Assembly (NCBI RefSeq): GCF_001186125.1
Contig: NW_014040528.1
Span: forward strand, 1 to 40,887
Direction: 5' to 3'
DNA: 40,887 nucleotides
From: Sphaeroforma arctica JP610
Lineage: Eukaryota
A program made the position numbers and the translations under genes. How positions within the stretch are numbered: the first letter of the stretch is position 1; every line of letters starts with the position of its first letter. A model generated the notes under the pieces. It had not been told where the DNA came from, ran no database searches, and saw nothing but the letters and a program-made list of their open reading frames with translations. Shown piece after piece: positions 1-12,964 of this stretch.

Positions 1-180
1 GTGTGTGTATGTATGTATGTATGTATATATGTATATAGTATAAGTCTGTATATATATATATATAGTTGTGTGTTGTGTGTGTGCATGTGCGTGTGCGTGT
101 GTGTGCATGTGTGCATGTGTGTGTGTGTGCATGTGTGCATGTGTGTGTGTGTGCGTATATGTATGTGTTTATGTGTACAT
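1..180. repeat. (GT)n/(AT)n/GTGCAT compound microsatellite, probably intronic in the coiled-coil gene
   Basis: Directly visible; the same tract type occurs inside many introns of this window. Confidence 0.9.
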
Positions 181-181
181 A

Positions 182-217
182 GACCTAGCATCGACCTAGC
201 ATCGACCTAGCATCGAC
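182..217. repeat. 11-bp tandem repeat (GACCTAGCATC) x3 plus partial
   Basis: gacctagcatc gacctagcatc gacctagcatc gac. Confidence 0.9.
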
Positions 218-549
218 GAAGTAGGAAACAGTCGATGTTGATACTATTGTTTGTGGATAGAAGTAGATTTATATAGACCTTATTTTTGCTGATAAACTCT
301 GCTTGTGTACGTATTGGAGCATCTTCGAGAACTCGTGTTCAGGCAACTCGAGAACTAAGTTCTTATGAGCATAGTGTTCCCTTGCTAACTCCGTTTTTTT
401 TAAATATTTAAGTAAAAGGAAGTCGAAAATTAGTATAGTGTATGCAATTATCAATTATCTATTTCAATTCCACATTCTAGAGCAGCACATTAGCTGCCGG
501 TCTGCATTTCAACGAACTGACACATTTTCCCTCGAACACCTGTCTGCAG

Positions 550-3500
550 CTCGAGGCTATGCAGAAGAAAAAGGCCGAGGCAGCACAGAAGTCGCCGCAG
601 TTGAAGGCCGCTATGCCCCAGTCAAATACGTCAGAGTCACACGCACATTCAGCACAAGCTGATGCACAGACTGCACAGTACACATCACAACAACTACCGA
701 CCACCCCACAACAGACACAGCCCATGGCACAACAAGTACAGTCACCTAACCAAAGCCCAGGCATATATGGGAATAGCCAGCAGCAATCAGATGAGTTTAA
801 CCAGCAGCAGCGACAGCAGTTGCAAGCTGAGCAGAAACTGAGGGAATCGTCGTACTACCAGTATCAGCAACAACAATATGCGCAACAACAGGCACAGCCT
901 GACCAAAACCAACACAACGCACAACCAGCGAATGCACCACTACAGCACCGTGGGCAAAACGAGCTAGAGACCGAGCATACATATGCCTCTAACGGGCAAG
1001 CTGTACCAGAGGCACAGTACCGACACCCGCAGTACAACGGACATTTCGCACAGCAGAGCTCACCCGAGATACACCCTACTAGATACCAAGGTGCGCCGCA
1101 ATCAGAATATGCTCAGAGGCTACATTTCCAGGGAGGCAGTTCTGAAAACGCGATGTATGCACAGGCGGATCCTTCATTGGCATATGGACCGGGGTCGCCC
1201 ACACCTTTTCAGCCGGATAACAACCGAATGCACCTAGGGCAGGCTGACCGTGGACCGCCGCCGGTATGTATGTTGTCTTAAACATGTTCATGCTAGATTC
1301 TAGAGAGAAGTTTATAGTCGGCTGCGATATACGGCACAAGCCTGCGGGGCCTGCAAGTTTGGGCTGATCTTGTGCGAGACCTCTCAAGTGCTGCATCCCT
1401 GACTGAATTTGATTCTTAAATTCTGCGTCGTGTTGTGTGTACTTGCGCTGCAAAGATAACGATTACGATTTATTTTATTTTATGTACAGTATAACTGGCT
1501 GTGATTTGTTTTGCTGTGCGCGAATAAACCAGGCATCGTTCAGTAGTTTCACATTGCAGGCGTGCGTGCCAATCCCGTTAATATGATGTCTGCTTTTATA
1601 CACCTGTTAGCCTTCATACCTCTACATTGTGCCTGGTCGTACACCTGAGCAGACTCCTCTAGACCAATAGCCTTCATCATCACCCTATATAAATAGCACC
1701 GTGCTTTTATCATTACCCTATATGAATAGCACCGTGCTTTTCGATACTTAGAGCGCCCATGCTTTGCAGACATATGCTGATGCACTACACTATGCTTGTT
1801 GACACCATAGCCCCCCGTGATGTATTGTAGTTGTGTTATGCCTGTTTACACCATAGCCCCCCGTGATGTATTGTGGTTTTGTTATGTTTATTTACACCAT
1901 AGCCCCCCGTGATGTATTCTGNNNNNNNNNNNNNNNNNNNNNNNNNNNNNNNNNNNNNNNNNNNNNNNNNNNNNNNNNNNNNNNNNNNNNNNNNNNNNNN
2001 NNNNNNNNNNNNNNNNNNNNNNNNNNNNNNNNNNNNNNNNNNNNNNNNNNNNNNNNNNNNNNNNNNNNNNNNNNNNNNNNNNNNNNNNNNNNNNNNNNNN
2101 NNNNNNNNNNNNNNNNNNNNNNNNNNNNNNNNNNNNNNNNNNNNNNNNNNNNNNNNNNNNNNNNNNNNNNNNNNNNNNNNNNNNNNNNNNNNNNNNNNNN
2201 NNNNNNNNNNNNNNNNNNNNNNNNNNNNNNNNNNNNNNNNNNNNNNNNNNNNNNNNNNNNNNNNNNNNNNNNNNNNNNNNNNNNNNNNNNNNNNNNNNNN
2301 NNNNNNNNNNNNNNNNNNNNNNNACTCTGAGTGATGCCAACCCTGTCAGTCATTCAGATCTCTTACCATCAAACTCCAGACGAAACGGGAGGCGGACTTA
2401 GAAAACCTCGTGAACGAATACGAGTCAACAGTGCGCGTATTAGAATCACACACCGACCAGCTCACAGGGGTAAGGGCTGTTTCAGTATTAAAAATATACA
2501 CAACTCTGCACACCAAATTATATGTTTTTGCCTTGATGTGCGTCTGTTGTTTGGTATATGTTCACGGGAATACACTCGCAGCTATGCATGTAGAACTACA
2601 TGGCGCATAGCTGGGATTCGACATGGCGATGTACTACCCTATCGGTGTGCTTGTATGGTGCTCACTTTAACTCCTACTGAAAGTCTTCTTGTCTCTGGTC
2701 TCGTTTCTGTCACGTAAGAGTGGTATCCATGCGTGCAAGGTGTAACAAACGTTGAAGTAATATGTGAGCTGCGTATCTTGCGTGATGTGACTGTGACAGT
2801 AGCGTCTTCTGCGACACTGGCATCGTGTTATGTTTGCTAGGCTAGTTTTCATCGGCACGAAGTCAAAGTTCGTGCTCGTACTCGCGTGCCGTTCACGTAT
2901 TGCTCTCTACTCCGATGGCAGTTTTCACGGTTGGCAAGCATACTCAGCTGGCAATGAGAGTTGGTACATACTACTACCATGTGCGATTTGAGGGCAGTAT
3001 CTCGATTGTGCATTCTGCTGTCGGGTGCAAGATTATGGAGTCCAGCTTTTCCACTGCGTGCTAACAGTTTGATTGTTTATTAGTTATTTCATGTACCATT
3101 CCCTTCACATTTCATCTGGTAGGCGACGCAGATGTCCCGATTACAACACGAACTAACTGAAGCCAAGGCTCTGAATGCCGAGTACGACCTCACACTTCAG
3201 AAGATGGAAGCTGAAATTAATGATCTTACAGGGGTAAGGAACCTCGGCAGAACCTATTTTACAAGTCCATAGTTTCGCCCGCAGTCAATATGAAGTTACA
3301 TATTATTATTTTTCTATGGACATTAGATGTGCCTTGTTCTCGTAACATGTCTGTGTATGGGGTTGAGGTTCTGCGTGCGCATCTGATGCGTTCTCTGTGG
3401 CGGACAGTAGTGGTATATGTGGGTATGTAATGTTCTGTGTAGACTAGTGGGAATGTGCCAAGGTTTTCTGCTATGTCGGTCATTTACGTAAGCGTTGCAA

Positions 3501-6500
3501 GCATGAAAATGTTGGAAGGATATAGTTGAGTCGTGCGCGATTATCGTTTCTTATGTGTACCCTTTCGCTTGTCGATTGCTTCAATCGAGTACAGTAGTAA
3601 ACTTGCCGATTACTGCAATCCAGCCCAATAGTCTCATTTATTGGTACATAAGACCTAACTTCACGTGCGTATGTTATGAGGACATTAATATACATTTTTA
3701 CATAGATTTAATGTACAAAACACGTATGTATATATATTGCGTGATCAACTCATCGTGAGTGCTTTTTATAATCTTTCACTTCTGTCTCAAATTGCTGACT
3801 ATCGCTTACAGAAATTGACCGCACGAGAAGCCCAGATAGAAGGTCAGATCGGCGCCCAGGCATCGATGGTAGAGGAGAACACTCGCCTTATTGAGAGGGA
3901 GAAGGAATGGCTGCAGACACGTCAAAATGAATTCCGTAAGTTGGTGTAAATGTTTTCGTGTGCGCACTATGCAGATAATCAGCGCGGGTTTGTATGTAGG
4001 TCGTGCAGAGAGGACTGTATTTATATCTATACCCATGCACATCGTCTCGTCCATGTGCTAGCTACAACAATGGTGAGTATAGAACCTTAGAACGGCTGAC
4101 AGTTTGCAACACCCTTCTGAACGTATCCGGGTGTAGGCTCACACCCGCGCTCTCATCAACCACACACAGTGACGGTACAAACATTGGAACTGCGCCACGA
4201 AGAGGACCAAACTACTAAGGAGGCACTAAAGGCGCAGATCAACATGATGCAACAAGCACTGAACCAGCGATCACAGTCCGCACAGTCATCCACCGCTCCC
4301 CATGCGGACACACCACACGGCAGCACAGAAGAACAGGTTACGATAGCTACTCCACCCGCTTCAGATACTCAGCAAACGACTGAAGCCCCGCCTGCTGCGG
4401 CATCGGTGCTTGCGGGTAATGAGCGGGTGAGCGCACTAGAGTCGCAGGTATTGGAGTTACAAGCTGCTGTCGACAAGAAGACCAGCCGTGTGCAAGAGTT
4501 GGAAGCGGAACGGCAGGACTCAGCAAACGCTAAAAGTGCAGCAGGGGATGCGGACAGCGATACAGTTCCCCGTACAGATATCGATGCTGAGGCGAAGGAA
4601 AGGGAGGCTGGGTTGCAGGTACGTATAGGTGAACTTGAGGCGGTTGTCGTTGAGTTGCAAGGTGTGGTGTCCGAGAAGACAAATAGAGTAAAGGAGCTCG
4701 AGGCGCAATTGGATCAAGCAACAGATACCGGGGAAGTCAGCACTCTGAGAGCTCGGGTAGATGAACTCCTGACGGTTATTGTGGAGTTGCAAGGTTCAGT
4801 GTCTGAGAAGACGGGTCGAGTAGAAGAACTCGAAACGCAATTGCACCAAGCAGCTGACAATGATGGGCTGGCCACTCTTACAACACGTATGGGTGAACTT
4901 GAGACAGTGATTGTCGAGCTGCAAGGTGCAGTGTCTGCTAAGACAAGTAGGGTGGATGAACTTGAAGCGCAATTGAGTCAGGCCACCGACAATGGGGAGG
5001 TGATCACTCTTCAAGGGCGTGTAGTTGGATTAGAAACAAGCTTAAGTGAGATGCAGGCGGCCGTACAGGACAAACAAAACCGGGTGACTGAGCTAGAAGC
5101 CATGACACAGGAATCAGCCGGAGCCTTAGCTGCGAGAAACTCGGAGTTGATGGCGACTAAAAACGCGCTGAGTGTAGATCTAGATGCTCTCAGAGTTGAT
5201 TTGGAAGAGGCCCAGGCGAAAGGCGTCGAGCTGCAGGCTGCTGTGGAGGAGAAAACCACTGTAGTGGGAGAGCTCGAAACATCAGTACAAGAGGTATCAA
5301 CGGAGAACGCTACTCTAAGGGAAAGTGTTCGTGGCCTGGAAAGCGAAGTTTCTGCCTTGACTGACAATCTAGAAGAGAAAGCACGCCGAATCGACGAATT
5401 GGAGCGGTTGCTGCAAGAAGCTTCTGAGGCAGCGGAGGCTGCAGCTGATGATGCGGAGAAGGCCGCTCTGAGCGACCTCGTTAACGAACTTGAGGATCGT
5501 ATTGCGAAAATGCAAGATGTCATACACGAGCGAAATACTGAGGTTGTTCAGCTCGAAAAGAGTCTGGAGGAGAAATCCGAGGCCTTGCTTGAGATGGAGG
5601 TAGGTGTGTCTATGGTATGGTGTTTTCGTGCCTCGCTCTGCGTACTAAACATAGTTAGCTTCAAAGTGTGGGTAACAGCTTTGGGGTCGTTTCAGTTTGA
5701 AATTCAACAACGCGTTAAGCACAGGCTACGAAACTTTAAGCTTTGAAGTGCATGGTTTGATATGCACAAAAGCGTATACTACCCCAACTGACACGTCGCG
5801 TTCAAAAAGTGTGTATAAAAGCTATATTTCTCTAGAGAAAAGGTACATTTCTAAATCGGAAGACATATCGAGACTCACGTGCGCACATGACACAAAATCA
5901 CTTGCATACATCGACACACACAAACAAGACGTACAAACCTTTCCAATGTTACGCTAATGTATTAACTTGTAACCATCCAATCATAAACATCAACAGAGTG
6001 CACTGGAAAGCGCAGAGGATGAAATTATCACTCTGAATGACGGCACAAGGCGGCTGATGGAAGCTATGGACGCCAATGCGGCTAGCAGTGTTGATGTAGA
6101 AGCTATACGTGCAGGTGAGTCATCTGAAACATAACTGTGTATGTACAGTATTCGCCCATATAGACAATGTGCAACTAACTTCAAATGATCATGCAATCGT
6201 ACAAATTGAGGCATGAAATTAGCTCCCACTGGTGAATGCTGGCTGGTCAGTGTTCTAATTCTCATATTTTGCCCTCCTTGAGAGGCAGACACACTAGACC
6301 TGTGAACCAAAGTGGGCAAAAGTGCGACTGTACTCGATTATTGTACTTATTTATAACATTTGCTATCTAGAGTCCAAGGTGGCCATTGAGGCGATGGAGA
6401 AGCAGATTGATACACTTTCAGCCGATTTTGTCGTTCTGAATGAGAAGGCCAAAGGGTTAGTTGACGAACGCGATGCGCTCAAGGAGCAAATATCGGCGTT

Positions 6501-6918
6501 GACGGAAGAACGCGACGCAGCACTCAATGAGATTGCTGAGCTGTCACAACAAGTGAGTGAAAGTGTCTGTAATTTGGTTCAAAACTGAATAACGCCAACT
6601 ACACAATGACAGAGATGGCGTTGATGTGGGATGGAAAATTTTAGCTATGACACTTCACGCGTTCAAAGTGAGGGCGATAGTGTATACCTTCTATTTACAA
6701 ACACATTCTTTTAGAGAAGTATACCTTAGTTTGCTGGCTGTCTCAAGTTCTACTTTTTGGTGCAGTGTAAAAAAAAAAATTGTTTGATAAAAGACCGGCG
6801 TGGTTACTCTGCCTTTCTTGCACACATCTGTTCACAGAAGAATGACAAAGCCATGGAGGATCTTCTCGACGAAATGACAGAACTTGAGAATCGGATTGCA
6901 GATTTACAGGATCTTAAG
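550..6918 (+). CDS. Long coiled-coil protein (golgin/centrosomal-scaffold-like), partial multi-exon gene
   Basis: Exons read with AG/GT sites: 550-1263, 2358-2469, 3123-3233, 3812-3935, 4170-5599, 5997-6114, 6371-6552, 6838-6918. Phases are consistent from 2358 onward; the phase mismatch between 1263 and 2358 implies an exon hidden in gap 1922-2323. Q-rich N-terminal part (LEAMQKKKAE...) then heptad-rich E/L/K/A sequence. The acceptor at 549 implies an upstream exon; no stop before gap 7062-7081. Family is inferred from composition only. Confidence 0.85.
1665..1741. repeat. ~32-bp intronic tandem duplication
   Basis: atcatcaccctatataaatagcaccgtgctttt / atcattaccctatatgaatagcaccgtgctttt. Confidence 0.85.
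1802..1921. repeat. 46-bp minisatellite, at least 2.6 copies, running into the assembly gap
   Basis: acaccatagccccccgtgatgtatt recurs at 1802, 1848 and 1894. Confidence 0.9.
4612..5105 (+). repeat. Coding tandem repeat, 132-nt (44-aa) period, about 4 copies
   Basis: LxxRxxELExVxVELQGxVSEKTxRVxELExQLxQAxDxxxxxT; gagttgcaaggt at 4652 and 4784. Confidence 0.9.
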
Positions 6919-6963
6919 GTGAGTCTTAGTTTCGCATATATATTAACTAAATATATACATACG

Positions 6964-7034
<71 letters not shown>

Positions 7035-7599
7035 GTTATATTATATTATATNTATATATATNNNNNNNNNNNNNNNNNNNNAAGGAGGAACGAATACGAC
7101 CGTACCTTCTACAATTAAAGTAAGTATAGTATACACACACATAATATATGTATATATATAGTATATATATATATATATATATATATATAAGTATATATTT
7201 TTAGTATTGACTCAATTAATTGTAGTGAACTTTGAAATGAGGTCCGATGTATGTGTACGTGTACGCATTGTCTCAATTAGTTCGATCTGACTCAGTTGTA
7301 AGGCTGGGCTGCTTGGTTTCCTTAATTACTTTCTGTACAATCTGTTTGAATTTATTTTGCTATATGCACAGTATCAAAAGTGTAAGGTGCGATATTTGCG
7401 ACACACGATCGAGCTGTTTAATACATATCCATCGCTTTTGCGAATATGATAGCGGCCGTTTGGAAGAGTCGCCCATATCTCAAGGGTAACTGATAAGCCC
7501 AGTCGTACAACCTATGTCTCATTTAGTTATATCTATGTGTGTACATATACACAAATTGGAGTACGTATAAAGGACAAGCCATACAGGTAAACACCACAA

Positions 7600-7900
7600 C
7601 TGGTTATATAGTCCTAAAACATAGTCTTGTAAGTCCTTGGTCAAGTATCTGAGGACAGCAAGAGACCAGTCCTCCCACCAAGAGTGTGTGCCAGCACCTA
7701 CTCGTACAACACATCCAGCCGTTGAGCAGAGCCGCCATGAATAAAGGCCGAGTGCTTGTGTTGGGATGGGGATGTGTATTGGAAAAGTGCCACCGCATCT
7801 GAATTTATGCATCGCATGCATCAGACAGTTAGGGAGTCTGACCTCTACAGGCTACACCACACGCCCACAGCAGGAGTTCTGCAGAAGTACTTGGTATAAC
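7600..7900 (-). mobile_element. Possible degenerate 3' fragment of a non-LTR (LINE) retrotransposon ORF2; may extend to about 8800
   Basis: Minus-strand translation VRLPNCLMHAMHKFRCGGTFPIH...RLCSTAGC...EDWSLAVL...KDLQDY resembles the LINE C-terminal pattern (R/K)FRxxxHxL...RxCxxC...EDxxHxLxxC. Surrounding frames are broken by stops. Confidence 0.4.
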
Positions 7901-9015
7901 GTATCATAGAATGGATAGCTGACTGTGCGAGTACAGCGTATGCACTAAGGTTTAAGGTTCAAATGAATACACATTGATGGCGGCTATAAATAGACCAATC
8001 GGCATCTGTCATCGTATATCGAAGTTCCTACAACGCCGCTCCGGATACACAAGCCGCCACTGACAATCCTACGCTCAGTCCACTCAACCTCGATAATCGA
8101 CGGACGCGGGTAACATAGTAGAAACGCCTCATAAACTTAGAAGATACTTCAGCACAACGGTGAGCTAGGTTTTAGTACGCGAACCGTACGCGAATCATTC
8201 CTTCACGCTAATACGCGGTACGATGGCGAGAATATATCCGCAGAGTTCTGATACCCTCTGCTGCGATCACCAAATGCAGCGCCAAGTAAGTAAGAGAACA
8301 ACGCTCGCACGACAATGTATATGGCACTCGAGGCCAGCAAACGCCACTCATATAAGTCTCTGAACAAGTGAACATCCCTCTTTATTTGCGTATTGAATCC
8401 AGGCCCAGCACCATGTGTGTGTGATCTTCCACAGTAGAGTGTCTACAACCTCCGGTTGAGCATGTCGTCTACACCCCTAATCGAGCAACTCAATGTATTC
8501 AGCTAAAAGCATGTATACTATTATACTGAAGTATTCCCAATGATCTCTAAAGCAGTGTGTTCAGCTCGAAGCTAAGCATAGTCTTATAAAAAGGCACCTG
8601 GAGATTCCGACTTCCCTGTTTCTAGCAACTGAAGTGTTTCCAACCAACTTTGGTCATGACAACTTCTTAAGACCGATCATTTAATAAATGATATCGCCAA
8701 TATTTAACAACCTCGCCATATTTTAGACATAATTCGCGGCAATGCAGTCCAAGCCAGTTCTTAATGCGGAGTTAACGAAACTGTGCCATCATTACACACA
8801 CAAAAAACGCAATATACTACAAGTGATGCACTTCATATGTCGCCATTAATGTAATAGAGATAGAGGTGCACGAATTAATTATAGTTCACTAGTATGCGGA
8901 ATATGCGGTTGTAGGTTTACTGCTTGCTTGACTATTGGAGTGATGGGTGTGATACTACAGATTAGCCACTGATGTGAATTCGTATATGTGTATACCCACT
9001 CTGGTGAGATGTATA

Positions 9016-10000
9016 TCACATGAAGTCCCCGCTCAGGTCATCAGCACACCAGAGCTCAGGCAGGAGGGTGAAGTTGGACAACCAAATTGAGGAAGTTTGA
9101 CCCCTATGTTGTGATCTACTATAATTAGAAAAGTGGTGCTGGGATAGAAAGTCTATAAACCGTGGATTTATGAGAAACGTACAAAGATGCATAAATACAA
9201 CGAATAGATGCGATACAGAAGCACAATTCATAAACACAATAAATAAATACAACACATTAAAACAATAAATAAACACAATATATCTTCGAGTGGACATATA
9301 AGAGACGATGTATAGTGGTGCAAAACCGCAGCACAATACACAAAGTCAATACATCTTTACGTGGACTTATGCGAAACAACTTTTAATTGTAAATAAAAAT
9401 AATGCATGGATACAAAATAGAAGCACAATACATAAATACGATACTTGAATACAATACACAAGTACAATACATCTTCGCGTGGACCGATGAGAAACGACGT
9501 TCAATGGTAGACGTTTAAAGGTACATAAATACAATACATAAATACAATACATCATCGCGTAGAATTATGAGAGACGACATATAATATTACATAGCCACAA
9601 TACATAAATACAATACATAAATGCAATACAACATCGCGTAGACTTGAGAAACGACTTATAATCGTACATATATACAATCCATCGTGAGGACTCGCTACTT
9701 ATCACTTACTACTACGGTGGCAGTTAAAACAGGAGAGAGGCGATGTTTAATCGTACATAATAAATACAATACAATGTCGCGTGAACTTACCACTTGTCAC
9801 TGCGGTGGCAGCTGTACGTCAAGTGCTGCTCAGGAACGAGCTTCTGTCATCTGTACACAACAACAACATATTTATAATACTAGTATTTACACAAGAGTAT
9901 AAAAATAAATAGGAAGTTCTTTTCCTTCACCTGAGTATATGCGTGGTGCTGTACCCCCGCGAGCTGCCGGCATAATGAACTATGTACTTCAAAGTATGTT
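9016..10000 (-). ncRNA. Putative spliced non-coding or small-ORF transcript divergent from SET2
   Basis: Minus-strand donor GTGAAG at 9930, acceptor ttgtgtacAG at 9851, 60-nt exon 9850-9791, donor GTAAGT at 9790, acceptor ctaattatAG near 9119. The exon has stops in all three frames. Transcript ends are unknown. Confidence 0.3.
9165..9830 (-). repeat. Degenerate tandem array (about 70-110 bp units) anchored on a minus-strand splice donor
   Basis: Recurring aatacatc(t/a)tcgcgt(g/a)gac...gag(a)aacgac near 9280, 9350, 9467, 9547, 9627 and 9770; 9700-9725 copies 9786-9812. Confidence 0.75.
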
Positions 10001-10964
10001 CTGGCTTTCGAACAACATGGCCCAGAACTAGGTTTTACAGAGATCAAAAATTCAGAGTTGAATTAACGTACTCAATACGGTTTGAACCCCCCTGAAGTTA
10101 GGGGCTGTCGTATCACATATAGTATTTTCCGTAAAACGTATGTACCACTTTACTGATGTACTGATGTATAATATGCCGCACAGGTAAACCTAGTTTTCCT
10201 ATTGTCGTTTTGAAAACGCATCGTCGATCTCGTGATGACCCACGAACTGAAGAGTTAATCCGTATAGGGGTACAATTTGACAGTTAAACGTAAACGCTTA
10301 TATACTTGAATCTTTTTACTACAAAACGTTTATAGGGGCTAAATGACTGGTAAAACCGTTCTATTTTGTGATTTAAACGGGCACTCTAAGACAACGTTCC
10401 GGAACACTTTGTACCTGAAGGCTCCGAACATGCCCCCATATCGACAGCCATAAGGTCACCCGATATAAACGTATATTAGAAACGTACTATATTCAAAATA
10501 TATACGTTTCAACGCAAAAGGTATCGAGGGGCCACTCCAGAAGCCGTTCAGAAAGCTTTGTGTTCTGAAGACTGAACTTCCTTGTGCGATCAAAACAACA
10601 GCCGCACACGTAGCAAGTCTGTAACTGTGAGGAATCCCAGGCGTACCTTTGACACTGTATACCTGTGACATACGTATGCATGTACGTGTGCAGTGTCACT
10701 TGTTTGTCTGATACAGACTCGTATGTAAGCATAATCGTGGGAACGTATAAGTGTGCAGTATACATGCAGCTACAGCCGTTTTTGGTTCAAAAGGCACATG
10801 CACACGTATCCCAATGAAAGGGAAGCAGTACAGTTTACGCTGAGCTGACTAGTATAACAGAGATCCACATACATTGTCGAATTCAACCTCTGAACATAAA
10901 TAAGTGAGCAAATAGAGATACTTAATATATATTTATATATACATATATATCTCACACATACAAA

Positions 10965-12932
10965 ATGAGCTCTATAGGACGCACACGTAGCACAGGCATC
11001 CGCAGTAGTGCGCGACGAATCAGGGAAGCACTTTTATCCGATGGCCAACGAACACCCGAAACACTGGAGAGTGGTGCAGTGGTCAATGTGTCTACGATAA
11101 ATGAGCCTGTTAATACCGATACATCGGAGAAGGAGGATACTGATATAAATATGAGTGAGAGTATAGTAGATGCCGAGAACACTGTGGGCGAGCGTCAGGT
11201 AGATACGGATGACATGGAAGTAGACATAGACAATCAACAAGATCGTCGTACAAAAAGGGGTAAACCTAAGAGCGTGCGATCACAACGCAGTCAGGATACA
11301 CAGACACTGGTACATGAAGATATAGACACAATACCTGGAAGTGTGGTAGATAGTGTTGATCAGAGTGTGGAGGAGGATGGTATAAAGATGGTTGAGATAA
11401 ATGATATCTCTGCCTTGACCTCCATGGCTACTGAAAATGACATACCAACGAGTGATACGATACCACAGGAACATACTCGTGCGCAAACAATGGATACAGA
11501 TGACATAGCTGACACAACTGAAACACAGGACGTGTCAGCTGAGAAAGGAGAGCGAGGTGTACGAGAGGGCAGCCTTGCGCTTCATGATGATGGTAACGTA
11601 GCACAGGAAGGGATGAAGTACAAGTCCGAAACGCAGGCGTTGTTTGACGATTCAAGTGATGAGAGTGATGAAGACGTGCCCCTGACACTGGGTAGTGGTA
11701 GTAGTAAGAATAAGAGTACCTCTGCTCACAACGCCGCAGATAGTGATGGTGATGTCAATCGTGATCGCTTTAACCGCACAGACAGTGAACACAATGAACG
11801 AGGCTCAGACGCACAGCCAGGGGATGGTAGTGAGCAGGAGAGCAGCGGTTCAGCCTACACGAAAGCACACGATGACACGCACACAGTAGTAGATGGTGAC
11901 AGCCACACGAAAGGTGAGAGTGATCACGCCTACGCTTCCTCGCCCACGGGACGTCCCGCCAAAGGGTCTAAGGCACGCGCAGAGGCCAAGGGGAAAGTAG
12001 TACGAAAGACCAGCAAGCCCAGACCGCGCAAGGACAAGGAGGGGGTGGACGGGGTGGGTAGCCATAAGGGCGGTAGCCGGGTGGGTAGCAGTAAGGACAA
12101 GAAGCTGAGCCGACCCAAGAAGGGAATGGCGGATAAGAAGGCGCTAGAGGATAAGATAGCGAACACCCTGAACACCATATATGCGGAATCTAAGGTTAAG
12201 CAGGCACCTCGCATTGTCAAGATATCGGGGCATTATACGGCCCTGAATAAGGTTGGTAGGAAGGACGAGAGTGTGGCGGAGATGAAGGAGATCCCGCTTG
12301 ACTGGGATGGGGAGACGGTCAATACCGGGATGAAGCGGGACGACACCGGTACAAAAAGCAGCGGCGCTGGTACGACGCACAACTCAAGTACCACCAATCC
12401 CAAAAAACGCACCAAGCGCGAGCGAAGCTCAGACACCGCTGTCAGTGGGTCGAGTGTTAGAACCAAGCCGGCCAAGGTATCTGTGGCAAACGAATGGGGC
12501 GATACGGATTGCCTGTCGTATATTGACTCGTACAAGACAGTGGTAGGTATTACCAGCGCGTTTGGCCGAGATATGGGGAGTGGCGAGGGTAGTGGGAAAG
12601 CGCGGCGAGCCTCGAGCTCGGACACAAGTAGTCCTAGAGGGTCCAGAAGTAAGAAGGAGGTGCGTTCGCGTCGTGAGGGGGATGGAGGTGGGGCGGCTAT
12701 GGGGTTGGGAAGCGATGGTGTGGAAGGGCATGTGAAGAAGTTAACGAATGTCATTCCACGTAAGTCCAGGAAGAATAGGGCTATGCTGAGCTCGAGCGAG
12801 GAGGAGGACTTCGAAATGGGGATCTCGTCGATTGAACCGTAAGTGTACTCACTCGTGTAGAATACATACAACATACGTATATATGTCTCTGTTTATATAT
12901 ATATACATATATGTATGATACATGTATGTATG

Positions 12933-12964
<32 letters not shown>

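Noticed and set aside
1..210. ORFs rich in Y/I/C/V/M (also 12911, 13928, 18725, 23294, 26553, 36383 and others)
   Set aside because: Translations of (AT)n/(GT)n microsatellites, not proteins.
269..454. Minus-strand 61-aa ORF with protein-like composition inside an intron
   Set aside because: No recognisable motif or supporting exons; could be TE debris but cannot be supported.
1863..2353. Long X-containing ORFs here and at 35704-36329
   Set aside because: Artefacts of N gaps.
4062..4072. Apparent 11-nt microexon (tag|ctacaacaatg|gtgagt)
   Set aside because: Inclusion would shift the frame; 3935>4170 joins in frame without it. A poison-exon role cannot be excluded without RNA-seq.
9165..9830. 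Repeat-spacer-like look resembling a CRISPR array
   Set aside because: Repeats are degenerate, the intervening sequences are related low-complexity DNA, the context is eukaryotic and no cas genes are present.
10286..10381. TTAAACGTAAACGC and TTTAAACGGG shared with 38042 and 38285
   Set aside because: Short AT-rich matches without flanking similarity; a promoter motif is possible but unsupported.
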